Shown: one piece after another, positions 1 to 12,502 of the stretch
Position numbering within the stretch: the first letter of the stretch is position 1
Layout: every line of letters begins with the position of its first letter
Assembly (NCBI RefSeq): GCF_964204865.1
Contig: NC_135258.1
Span: 10,168,001 to 10,232,000 of the forward strand
Origin: Styela clava
Lineage: Eukaryota
Direction of reading: 5' to 3'
Length of the DNA: 64,000 bases
Notes under the pieces: model-generated
Seen by the model: the letters and a program-made list of their open reading frames with translations, nothing else
The model's database searches: none
Told to the model about the DNA's origin: nothing
Made by a program: the position numbers and the translations under genes

Positions 1-3000
1 GTCTCACAAGCAGCATAGCATATGGGGCCTCTCAACGTATCAATGCTCATTTTCTACCTTATCCGATGCCACAGATCCTCGTGATCAAGTACATTCTAAA
101 AAATATTCTTGAATCTGAATTCCGAATACATTCTAAACTCCAGGAACACAGGAAATGGGCTTTCATGATATTATCATTGATTGAAATTCGTTATATTTTG
201 CGCTAGGGAAATGAACTTAATAAACATTACAGTAGTTATGAATTGTGGAGCACAGAAAAAAGAACAAAAGGGCGCCCAGAAAAATGTTTTAAATTAAACA
301 GTAAAATTAACATTAACTCAGATTTTTGACACGTCTAATTTTCGTTCTGACTGTTTATCGTCAGCGTGACATCGACATCGTTAAGCTAAATTCCACTACA
401 ATTATCCCTCCCCACAGATATTGACTGTTGTGCTATACTGGGGGAATTGATTTTCATTTTGCTTATAACGCGATCATCATCATAATCAAATGAGTGGACC
501 CGATTCACAAATTTCCATCCGCCAATGACGGAGAATTAAGACTGAAAATCGTGTTTTATTTTTCTTCAAGTCAGTTCTGATTTAAATATTTCATGTTGAC
601 TGCTATGCTTTTATTATTGTTTTTAAATTAATACCGCAAACTTGAACTGAATATTATTGTTGACGACGCCAGTCTAACTATAAAATTTGCGATAGATACT
701 AAATAATATTTAAGAGCTATTTCATACGGGGTAAATGCAAGAAATGCTCGGTCACTATCGAAACTAAGGATGAAAAAGATTAATTACGACAAAATTTGAA
801 TTTAGATTTATCGCCGCGGTAATCTCGACTATGTTGCAAAATACGATAATATTTGTAAAATATTTTCAATCAAAAACTTTCTCGACGTGTTATAAATACT
901 GCAAGTCGGCGCTGACTTAAATCATTTCTTGTCGGCAGTAATTTGTTGCGCGTCGCAAAGAGTGTCTTCGATTACGATAAAACATAAAAATGAAATAATT
1001 GTAAAATGTTTTCAATCAAAACGTGGACGGCGGCGCTAGGACTTGTGCGCGATATTCAATATTCTTATGAACACTAAAAACGATATTTGAGAGTCGCAAT
1101 ATTCGAATGAATTCGGAATTAAATTCGAATTGGACATCGCTTAATGATACCCTGACTGATTTTGGGTTGCATTTGCTATGACGTCATAATATCCATTTCG
1201 GAAGTCGAAACAGCGCCGTTTCGACATATCAGTGCTTCGAAACGTATCGAAACAGTGTTTCGAAACGCCCAGCCCTAGTGGCAATCTAAACAGTATTTTC
1301 TTCTTAGGGCACTTTCTCTGTTATGAAGAGTTTGAAATCTCACACTAAATGTACATATAGTAAGATTTTCGAACGTTTTTGGAGGTTTTAGCTTGATAAA
1401 TGACAAATAATGATCAGTGTGATTGGACAATAAAAGTGTTTTGTTTTGTGGCCTGCGGATAATACAAAAATAATAGTGTAGCCAGCGAGGCCGACAACCT
1501 TGAGCCACCCTGAACTAGAAATTACCAGAATATATTAACATTCACGATTTGAATTGCTGAATATATTCACACAATATATATGTTCCCACTCAATGCTGTA
1601 TTGATGATGTTTGAAGTTTACCAACATATTGCGATCTTGCAACCTACTCAGATTCTATCTTGACCACGCACCTTCCTCGCCGTGCAAACATAAATTATGT
1701 ATCACAGCCCGCTGCAAAATTACAGGCCTTTGAAATAGTATAGCAACCGTGGTATTTTGCTAATTTGCAGCAATAGGCAGTATTCAAAACTAAGCAACAC
1801 GGGGCATCGTGCTTACGAATAATAATTATGCTAAACGTATGTTGGTAATTGATACGAGTGTAGTCTGATAGCCTTACCTCCAAACAATCGCATTAACAGT
1901 GGAAAAAAATTAAGAATATGGCAATGAGGCCATCCATGACTAGACATTCCCATAAATAAAGACAGCCCACGACAATGGCGTTAGGCCATTCGTCTTTTAC
2001 CGTTGTTTGCAATATAATAATAAACTCTTGTCGATATGCTCCCTACTGTCGACTGCAAATGTGATCAATAGCCTTATAGTAGGATATACCATATCATATG
2101 CCGGTTTCACAAGGGAGCGCAGACGCCGCGATTCGTCGCACACGCAAACGTTTTTGCAATGCTTGAGTAAATACAGCAGAGACATTCAATGGCCCTTGGC
2201 TTACGCAGTCGCGATAATAGAGCAAGCGTTGTGGTAGCGAGCTTTTCGCTAATAAGTAGGCCATATTAAATTCGCAATATAAGTATATCTTCTTGTAGCA
2301 ATTTGTGTGACATACCTGTATGTAGCGCGCCCACAATATACATTGTACATTTCGAGTCTACGGAAATGAATCATATCCGTGCTGCATGGACGATCATTAT
2401 GCGTTTCGATGCTATATCATTTGGGCTAGATCGATTCAGAAGCGATGTCAGCAGAAGTGAGCAACGTTAGCTAATATTACTGTGAGCCTGCTGTTGCGTT
2501 GTTTGTTTTGTTAGTCTGTATTTTTCCCACATGAGCTGACGTGGTTTCGTCGTTCCAGTATTTTCTCGGTAGTCAAAGAACTAAAAAAGGTTCCAGGGAG
2601 TTGGAACAATATAGCCTATTAGTACGAGAATTGGTCATTCTATATTATAAGGATTGGACAATTACAAGAAGTGAAAGCACGTTACGAAAGGAGAATTTTA
2701 ATGTTCCATTGCGACAAAATATAGTTTCGATAGCACTAGCAAAATGGCTGAAATGTAAAATTGGAGTCTGCCTCAGTTTGATTATATTTGTTACTGATTA
2801 ATTGATGCAAATATAGTTTACAACGTTACGCATTGAAAGTTAAGAACATGCACATGATTTTCTTCTTTTTGTGGTCTCGTGATTGTTACTTCCCGAAAGT
2901 TCACTGCGATCGTATCTCTCAAAACTGGTTGTCAGCGAGCGACTTGTTTTAAAAAATAACGTCGTACCTATAGCATACCATACCCGATACAATGGATGGA

Positions 3001-4347
3001 TTATCTCTTGGTAAGCGGGGATTTAGGTTCTGTTTGCGATAATAATTATTCTACAGCGGCGATGGTTGTGAGTATAATTGGGAATTTTTGCGGTTTTTAG
3101 CTGACGGTACCTGTGTACACATTGTGTTGTTTGCTGAGAGGATGACTACTTTGTGAAATTTAACGACCGTATATTACGAAAAGCTCGTTATATAGGCAAG
3201 CTTAGGTATTTCGACGCAAATTCGGAGAAAATATGTGCCAACGAAAATTAATGGCGAATAGTTTCTCTATTATCCACGGTAGTTTCAGCCTGCTGAGGTA
3301 AGCCGCAGTTATAAACGAACTTTCGTTGACGTCATATGGCGGTAGCAACGCGACGGTTAAACTACTTTAGTGCTGAGCAATGCGATTAGCTTCCTATGAA
3401 AATTGTGTAATACAACACACAGGCTACTGAGGATGTTTTAAATGATATGTCAGAGACTGAAGATGTCTAATACCAGCAGCAAATGAATAATGAACTGTCA
3501 GCTCACATTTGAAATGAAGGTGTCATTACACGAAGCAAAATTGACAGATATTCAATTTTTAATTATTTTTTTGGTTAATGGATTGTGTTCTTGGTGTGGG
3601 TTTATTATTCAGTGAAGTGAATGCCATGAATATTTTGCGCTTCGAAACATGGCCGCACTTCGTTAGCAATAAAAATGCTAATACTGTTTGTAACTCCAAT
3701 TCGCTAAAATTTGTGCCGTTATGGTGGAGATTTTGCGTTCTCTATTTTGCAAATAGACTATCAATTTCATTACATGGTCTAATATTGTCTTCCATCAAAT
3801 GGCATATTGCAACAATGTCTCATATAAGTGAATAATTATGTTACTGAACGTAATTATTTTAGACATCTACATTGGAATTCCTTCTACCAAAACAATTTTC
3901 GCCCCATCAGTCGTAGTAGGTATTTGTAGAAATAAAAATATGAATGGGTTAGTGTTAGAGATCGCGGGCTGTTATTTCGGTACTTTATTGTCACTTTTTA
4001 AGTTGTATTTTGGCCTTGGAAGTTGAACCTGCGGTCTCTGTGCCCCCTATAATGTATAGGCACCAAATTCCCTACATGCATTATTTAAGTACAAGTTTAT
4101 AAATTTTCTATACCTTCGGCATATATTTCTCATTCCTTTTACATCTATTCATTTTCAGTTCACCGACAAAAAATTTACATTTAAATTTCATCAGCGCATC
4201 ACGGAATGTGAAATTTCTCTGGCAGTTTGTCCAAATCCTGTTACGTTTTGAGTTTTACTAATATAATAATTATATTATACCGCGGGATTTCTAATTAGCT
4301 ATCAAATTTAAATGACTCGTGTCTTTTTCAATCCATATCGCAATACT

Positions 4348-4568
4348 GGGCGCTCCTGAAGTAGCCTATGTGTACCAATATGGATGTAACTAATTTTGTT
4401 CGCCTATTTTCCATCAAGTTATGTACAGGGACTGATTACTATGGGCAGGGGGTGTATTCAATTGGCTAACACAGACAGTCCCCGAACTCGTAATAGAACT
4501 AAAATAAGGACAATTGGAATAAAATTATGGTCTAACTCTAACCTGGTACACATACTACCGGAGTACCC
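4348..4568. repeat. Copy of a dispersed palindromic MITE-like repeat (family A)
   Basis: Shares 'gtccccgaactcgtaatagaactaaaataagg...aattatggtctaactctaacctggtacacatactac...gagtacc' with copies near 15632, 28086, 33697, 45785, 52030 and 53090. Confidence 0.75.
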
Positions 4569-5472
4569 AATATTGTATACATTCAGACTATTCATTTTTA
4601 TTATTTGTTGTCATTCTAATTTGAAATTATATATGAGCAAACAAGACGTCTACTATATTTATCATGATTTGAAATTCTCCAAAGTGGTGTAGAGAGGATA
4701 GGATTATTATGGTATGGATAAGTGGCATGTGCGGATGTCAAAAATCAATACAATAATATCGTCTGTCTGAAAATACTCTAATTTGTATGCGCTCATGACC
4801 GTGTAGTGCCAGCGGGAAGCAAAGATAATTGCATAATCTCTGAACTTATATATTTTTATTATGAACATCACGCCTGCGAATAAGGACGAGGAGATAATGA
4901 AGACTTAGGTTATTGGTTAGAGTTAGATCCTGGCTTATTGAGCAATGGTTCTTCCAATACACGTCATTCAAAACGTTTTTAAATAAAACGTCTTGACGAG
5001 CGGAAAATTGATCATGTAATAAGTATTTGGAAATTGCCCTTGAGATGTTTATATTATGCTTTATGTTATTAGACATGGTCCACGCAACTTAGCTTTACGC
5101 ATACGACGTGATTCGATTTTTGAAATTGTTTGGCAGCATAAGCACGTTGTAGAGAGAAGTTAGAATCGAATGTTATAGATTCGTATGATTAATATAACAA
5201 AAACCGTACGAAGTGAAATCAATTGGTTAGCATATAATATGGTACACCATGAACATTGCATTTCTGTGCCTGCGGATCTCGCCGCATACAAATACTTGTA
5301 CATTCTTATTTATAATAGTGGTGCGGAATGAACCAACGGATCGCTTCATCAGCCCTGGATGCCCTCGTCATTTTACTTTACGTTATAGGGCGTATTCATC
5401 CTTTTGTAAATTTTTGTGCTGTAATCTTAACGTTCAGATAAACTCCTAATACTATATTAATGAAAAATTAAA

Positions 5473-6088
5473 ATGTCCTCGGCAAAGATTCAAGAAGCAG
5501 AACGAATTGTGAAGCAACTTCAGTATGAATCGAGTAAATGTCAAAGGATAATGGTTTCACAGGTATGACTTTGAAGCCCTTTTTAACTTTTGTGTGGCAG
5601 ACGGTTGTTGTTTGGTACAACTGACTGCGATAGGTTTGCACATTGATATCTGCTTCATATTTGCAGTACTCTCTACGTACAAAGAACGTTTCGCATATAA
5701 ATGATTTGATGATACATTTTGGGTTAGGTATATATAAACTCGAATGAAAATGGTAAAATTAGCACCCGGCCTGCAAAAAAGATAGCTCTGGGACTATTTT
5801 AAAATATTCTCACCAATAATTGTATCCCCTGTGTAGTCCTTTCCAGTGCCAAGTTGTCTAACTGTATAAAATAATCAACTTGGCAGCATTTGATTAAAGA
5901 TCCACCAAACCCCATAATACAAATCGTATTTAGATATAAAATTTTCTAACATTTCTGAATCCTCACAGGCTAGCAACGAATTATTGGAATTCTGCAACAC
6001 TCAAGTAGCAGGCGATTATCTCATTTATAAGCCACCGAAGCAGCCTAATCCTTGGAAAGCAGAAAAGGGAATTTGCAACTTGATTTGA
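5473..6088 (+). CDS. GNG: Heterotrimeric G-protein gamma subunit, 69 aa, 2 coding exons (5473-5562, 5969-6088)
   Basis: Spliced translation MSSAKIQEAERIVKQLQYESSKCQRIMVSQ|ASNELLEFCNTQVAGDYLIYKPPKQPNPWKAEKGICNLI*. It shows the GGL-domain pattern (V-x-QL-x-x-E, R-x-x-VS-x-A, NPW) and a C-terminal CaaX box (CNLI). The intron is a phase-0 GT..AG (CAG|GTATGA ... CTCACAG|GCT). Confidence 0.92.
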
Positions 6089-8353
6089 TATTTTTGGAAT
6101 ATTCTTCCGAACTCATCATATTTATGAACGTTCAAATGTCAGACTCCACAATAAAGCAAAAAAAATGGGCATCTATTTTACTACAGCACGGTGATGCCTA
6201 TGTTATAACTTTTTCGAAAAAGGCTGTTTTCTTCACCACCAAATATTTTATTGTAATCGATATATTTTATACGAGATATATTACCTTTTTATCTAAATAG
6301 AACAACTTGTTGTCGCGACTCTCCAGCATTGCTACCACTGTCAGTCGGTGAACTGCGCGGGAATTTTCACAAGACGCTTTTGTCACTCACACCATGGTGG
6401 TTATATTAAATCAATATTCAGTTTTAAGAATTGATTTCGATGTTTGTTTTAATGTTGTACATTTATTACCCCGTCTGTTATACTCACTCTGAGTGCAATA
6501 TGGCGACACTCTGTTTCTAAAATGACGTATGAGTTGCAAACGTCGATACTTAATAACATGTAGATTACGTATTGGAAAATGTGTAAAACTGGCACTCTAT
6601 TTTAGTTTCTGATATGACGTATACGTTGCTAACTCGTTGCAAATGTCGATACTTAATAACATGTAAATTACGTGTGAATTTTGTGGCTTTGAGATTGGAA
6701 AATGTGCAAAATGGCATATTTAGTAGCACACAATCGAAGAGACAATTTTATTAATTAATTTCATTACGCATCGCTTGTTCACTGACGTCATTGTTTATAA
6801 ACAATTTTTGAAAATCATGTAGTGAAAATATTTTTGTATCTAGCGTGGTGAAATAACATTTATCAATTAAGCCAAAACAAAAATACCACAACGAAACAAG
6901 CTACCCAGGAATACAGACTTGCCGACCAATATTGAGGGATTCAATTCATTGTTAGATGATGGTATATTCTATGTTTATGAGATAACATTTACTTATATAT
7001 GGTATAATTGATGTCAGAGTTGGACCAGAAGTCTTTGGTGTTTGCCCCATTCGTGTTATATATATATATAAAATTTCATTACCGCGAAATAATATTTTAT
7101 GCACGAGAGATGGAGCAGCAATTTAATATTTCATTAGGTATATGTGAATTTGTATTGTTGGACATGTTTATCACTTATCAGAAAGAATTTTGAATCTCTG
7201 TTACTTCCTAAACTCATTTGCGCACAAATATAAAGTTTGCACTATGTTTGTCAGTGTTTAATTAAATTTTTTTTTGTTTGTTTCATATTATATTTTGCGG
7301 TGGTCAAGTTAAAAGAAAGATTCCTCAACTTAAACGAAATCTACCAATAGTGTGAAATTAGGAGTCCAGTGACAGATATTTTGCAATCACGCAGAAAAAA
7401 TAATTGTGAATGCTGTGGTAGTAATATGTACTGCATTGCTTGCCATGCCTGCTAGAATACTGATGTTCTGATTTCTGCTGTTTCAAATACCAATACACGA
7501 CTGTGTTGTGTCCTTAATAAACCGCACCACGTGCTTTTAATGTGATCTCTCACTGATAGCTGTTGTATTACATATAAATTATAGTTTCGACGTTAAGCGG
7601 TTTCCATATCCCTTGTATGCTTGCGATGTGTATAATTTTGTGAAGTGCTCATATGACACTGACTAATGGGCTCATATTATATATTCCCGACATGCTCATC
7701 CGGTGATTGTTTGAAGTATAATTGCAATGCTAATATAAACCACCTCCCGTTTGATGAAATCAGCACAGAGTTCATTACGTTGAGATTAAACATGGGTATA
7801 GAAAACGTTGACTACAATCGAGATTTTTCTATGCATTGCATTGTGCGGTAAGAAGAGGATCAAGCTGTAAAAGAGGTCTGAAATTGGCACTCGAAGTACT
7901 GTAGAGAAAATAAAAAATGCTTGTGACCTCAAGACTAATGAGAACTGGCACACACATGACAAGTCAAAGGTATCGTGCCTTGAAAGCGCGTTGCATCTTC
8001 ATAATTCATGTCTGAAGGACTATTTCTTCACAATGGGAGAATTTTATGTAATTCCAAGTATTCTCGCAAAATTTTTAATAGCATGTCAACGTACACGTTA
8101 TTGTTTATGTAGGTATTGATCCGCTCAAAGTACGAATATATTTCTCCGTATTTGGCCAATGCAATCTCAAATCATGTGCGAAACTGAATATGTAGGCCAA
8201 TATATAAGTTCGTTTACTGACCATACATGGCCCATATTTAATAATTGAAGAATTGTATCATTCAATTGCTGCAGTTTCCATATGAACTAAATTTGACGCT
8301 TGAAGGATATTAAACGCACTGAGGTTTAAACAAAATGAGCTCATGCAGTAGAG

Positions 8354-9122
8354 CAGCGTTTCCCAAACTGTGTTCCGCGAGCGTCTTCGGAGTGTTCCGT
8401 GGGAAAGGAATCAAAATCCGTCTAAATTGGTCGCCATGGCGATCTAGGGATCGTGAGGTTGTCGCCCAACTGACCGTTCAATATCGTGTCACCGTGGGCC
8501 TAAAGCGACCTAACTGAGGTAGGACAGTGGCATTTTCGCTAACCGTCGACCTAGCTTTTTGACTATTAAGTTCATTATCAAGTTTACAGCAATCCTTTTG
8601 GTTTTGCTATAGGCAAACAAGTAGGTCAAAACTAAAGAATAAAGGCACCTCTACCTGGTTTTACTTTGAAATGCTGAAAAAATTACTCATGTTCGCTAAA
8701 CTCGATTCAGCAAATAAATAAACTGCAGGTTGCAGCTCACAAATTTGCATCAAGTACTTCTATCTGCATTAGTCGTAAAATTAGAGGCAAACACTACGTA
8801 ATGGGAAGTAAAAGACATAGAAACGTAAAACGAATTTATTGATTCATATAAAGCAAAATCAATCCGGCTAACCGGCATTTAAATTAAGAAACAATAAAAC
8901 CTAATAATAAATGCAATATGTAAAATATTCTATTTTATGTATGTTCAACACAATTCTGTTAGTTTTCGCGGCGCATTTGGCAACTCGCCAAGGCGAACCC
9001 ATTGGGAACCGCTGCATTACGCCGCTTTTCTTCATCAATTTTACCCTTTCATTTTTTGGTGTTCCGCAAGGCAAGATAAAACGTGTAAGTGTTCCGTGGC
9101 CGGAAAAGTTTGGGAAACGCTG
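8354..9122. mobile_element. Non-autonomous hAT (Charlie-like) DNA transposon, 769 bp
   Basis: Perfect TIRs CAGCGTTTCCCAAACT...AGTTTGGGAAACGCTG and a perfect 8-bp TSD CAGTAGAG (8346-8353 and 9123-9130). No transposase ORF. Confidence 0.9.
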
Positions 9123-10424
9123 CAGTAGAGTAATGCTTTTGCGGAAATAAAATACTTTTAAGCTAGGTACTCCATTTAAAAATATTTAAGTTAAAAAGCA
9201 AAATCGCTATTAGCTTTTCGCATGTGTTGAAAACTGAACTATTGCTTGAACATGTGTTGCCGAAACAACTCCGACGAATAGTTATGTATCGATATTCGAT
9301 TCTAGTGGCATTTAAGTACAGTAAATACAGGCGCGCAGCCAGGATTTTCAAAAGGGGTAGGGTTCAAAATTGGAAATTTCCGGTACCGTCTGTAACAGTC
9401 ACTACGATCACGCGCTCGTTAATTAATAGACCCGCCTTTTCAGCGTATAAAAAAAATTTTGTCGCGTAAAATATTCAATTCATGACAACTACGAGATTCT
9501 AAAATGTCCTCATATTTATAATTTAATTGTGTCCAACGTAACTCGCGGTTGTGACTTCTTACGTCAAAATAAAAAACATTACTGCAGTGAAATACCACGG
9601 CGATCTGTGGACATAAAAATATAAGATAAGCTGCCCGATGTATTTAATTTTGATACGTATTTTGCAATCTTGCGACCTCGTTATCGCCGTTAGTAAAATC
9701 TCGTTATCTGATATAAAATCACGTTTAGTACAATTTTACTTCATACAATGAAAATAGATATAAAGGAAACCAGTAAATTAAAAATACAAATTAACCGCCT
9801 CGATATCCACGCCGAACAGTCGCCGCGATTACGCCACTTGTTAAAAGAGCCGACTTTTTCAACGAAAAATGATTATTCTCTTGTGCAAAGTAATCAATCC
9901 ATGACCGATGGGTGCATATTTAAAATGTCCTGCTTTATTAATTTAATTGTCTTCAATTTAACCTGCGGTTGCGTCGACAAAACAAGAGCCACTCTAAAAC
10001 ACCACGGAGTTCCGCGGACATAAAATGTGTGGTAAATTGCCCGATTATATAGTGTATCCGTATTTTGCGAATTCGACAAATTTGAAATGTACTTGTAACA
10101 CTGACTCCGTTCAATTGCAATGCTGCCACCCCGATTATTTTTAGCGGACGGCAATTGCACGCGTTATCGGCGACTTTTTTTCAGTTTTTAAAAAAATTCA
10201 AAAGGGGGGGGGAAGGGGTTTTAACACATGGGTTTCGACATGACTTTGGTTGTGATATTGGTCAAAACCAAACTTCTTTTATATACTGGGAACCCAAGGT
10301 GCTGGAAGCCAGCATCCACTAGTTTATTCCTATTCTGCGAGTGGGCTACTGCCTTGACTATATATAAAGAATATATATTTCTGGTCAATCGAACTATGGC
10401 ATGTGTGAAGTCTAATGTGAACAC

Positions 10425-11946
10425 TAGGGTTTGTTCGGATAATTTTTACTATTCGGATAACAGATATATCCGGGTATTTTGTATTTTAACTATCCGGTTA
10501 ACCGGATAGTTACTGGTAATTTTAGAGAACCAATTTCACAAGATTTTTGCGGTGGATTGACCGAAAACAACCACACAGTTCTATTGTAAATACGTACATA
10601 TTTATATGTATTATTTTTCTCGAATACAAATGATTGTGCATTTTGATATTGTATGTTTCAATAAATAAAAATTTAAGCTTTGTAATTGTACAAAAGTACA
10701 GCTGAATAGTATAATAAAACATTCTTTTTAAATACTGTGTCCTAATTGTCTTTCCCCCGACTGCTTAGTTATTTTCTCGTATTCAAATCATATGTAAAAA
10801 TTTATATTATTTCTTACTTTATTGTTAATTTTTTTGGGAGTTTCTCTTTGTGTCTAGCTCAGTGGACCTTAACCCTGGTTCGATCAAACCCTGAAGTCTG
10901 GTGGAGCAGTTCCAGGGGTTCGACGAATAACCTCTGAAACAGTTGCATATTATGGGACTTTTCTATTACCTAGCCTACTAATTATGCAAAAATAACTATA
11001 GTTCATCGCAGATATTCGAACATAAACGTTCAACAACTAATAAATTAGCGTTGGTGTGTGTATAGCTTCGCGCAGATATAAGTTTAGTGAGGTTCCATTA
11101 CATTTCAACCCACGTACATTTGAACCCATGACAATTGCACCTGTATGCTATTGCACCTATGGAATTTTTTTTGTTTCACGGATAGTTAAACCCATACTAA
11201 CCCTAACCCATGGGTTTTAGCACCCGCATATAGATTGAACCCGTGGATATACGCATGGGTTCAAATGTACGGTCACCGTTTAGTGGACCTTTCGGTGCTC
11301 TACCACCTTAGATTCTAGAACACGTTATTGAAAGCTCAAATCGTCACAGATTTCGTACGCTTGGGTGTGTGTACTTATCTATGATAGCGCTTTTAGATGC
11401 TTTCTGCTTATATCTTCGGAATAACCTGGGATGTTATGACTTATGACGAACCAACTATTTTTAAGCTTATGATTCTGCGTGACCCTTATTCATAATCTAC
11501 GGTACTAATGAGGATTGAATGTACGTAAAAGTATGCTCGTGTTTGAATTTTACCAGGAGATAAATTTGCGACAAAGAATACTTCATTGCAGAACTTTGCA
11601 ATATGGCGCCGAGTCATATCCTATATCTATAAAATAAAACATGTGGCATACACTTTTATCCGCATTTCAATTCAGTTTGAAGTTTGAGAAACGAATGACT
11701 TGAACTTCCAACGTTTTTGAAGCATTTTAAAATCTTTTGGATTTTTAAAGTCACTAATTTAATTTTTATCAGTTTTTCGCTTGCAATTAGTCGCCACTCA
11801 ACAATAAATACAAAAATTAGTAATGCGCATATTCATTATTTATACTGCTCTATTATCCGGTTAACCGTCACATTAATATCCGGATATCAGATAGCAAAAA
11901 TACTCTCGGTTATCAGGATAATCGCTATCCAGATAAACCAACCCTA
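10425..11946. mobile_element. hAT-like non-autonomous element (TAGGG...CCCTA termini) with nested insertions
   Basis: Termini TAGGGTTTGTT / AACCAACCCTA, subterminal ATCCGG repeats at both ends, and a degenerate 8-bp TSD (GTGAACAC vs GTAAGCAC). Confidence 0.65.
11091..11277. mobile_element. Small palindromic MITE nested in the hAT-like element
   Basis: GG..CC termini, inverted repeat gtacatttgaacccatg / catgggttcaaatgtac, and flanking direct repeat GTTTAGTG(A/G). Confidence 0.7.
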
Positions 11947-12502
11947 GTAAGCACATCATCATGTATCGCGCTATCATGACGCCTCGTTTTTGTTGCCAAG
12001 ACGTGAATCCACCATGCCGTCAGAGTGGATTTTGCGGTACAACTAGCCTATTGGACATCCCGAAGTTAATAACAGAAACTCGTGGTTAATGGGATACATT
12101 TTATTATTCAGAAGTAAATGACACCTATTATAATATATATTCAGTATGGTAAGTTCCGTTTGGTATGCTATCTCTGCAGATGTATCTATCATAACCCAGA
12201 GCATACCATTGATTTTGATGAACATACTCGTTTAAATAGTACGCTGCTAGAATTAGTAAGTAGAATACAATAATACCGCATTGGTTAAGATAGATACAAC
12301 TATTGAAATCGTATACCAAATTAGCATCTTATATCCTAGCTAGACATTTATCTAAAGTCTACAGTTAAATTTACTAAAGTTTTGAACAATAGACCACATC
12401 ACATTATGACGAATTCAGCTGAGTTCGACAGTCCTTGTAATGCTGTTTTTTGTGGTCTATAAACATTCAATATTATATGCATGTTTCATACATCTCAAGT
12501 GA

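Noticed and set aside
1-5450. Many 60-100 aa ORFs on both strands
   Set aside because: No recognisable motifs or consistent exon chains. The region is repeat-like or intergenic and may include Gγ 5' UTR exons that I cannot define.
6520-6710. Short direct duplication (atgacgtat...gttgcaaa.gtcgatacttaataacatgta.attacgt)
   Set aside because: Only two copies and no spacer structure. It is a simple local duplication, not a CRISPR-like array.
9329-10222. Possible transposon with two internal imperfect repeats (~9480-9620 and ~9900-10040)
   Set aside because: I could not define a right TIR or TSD.
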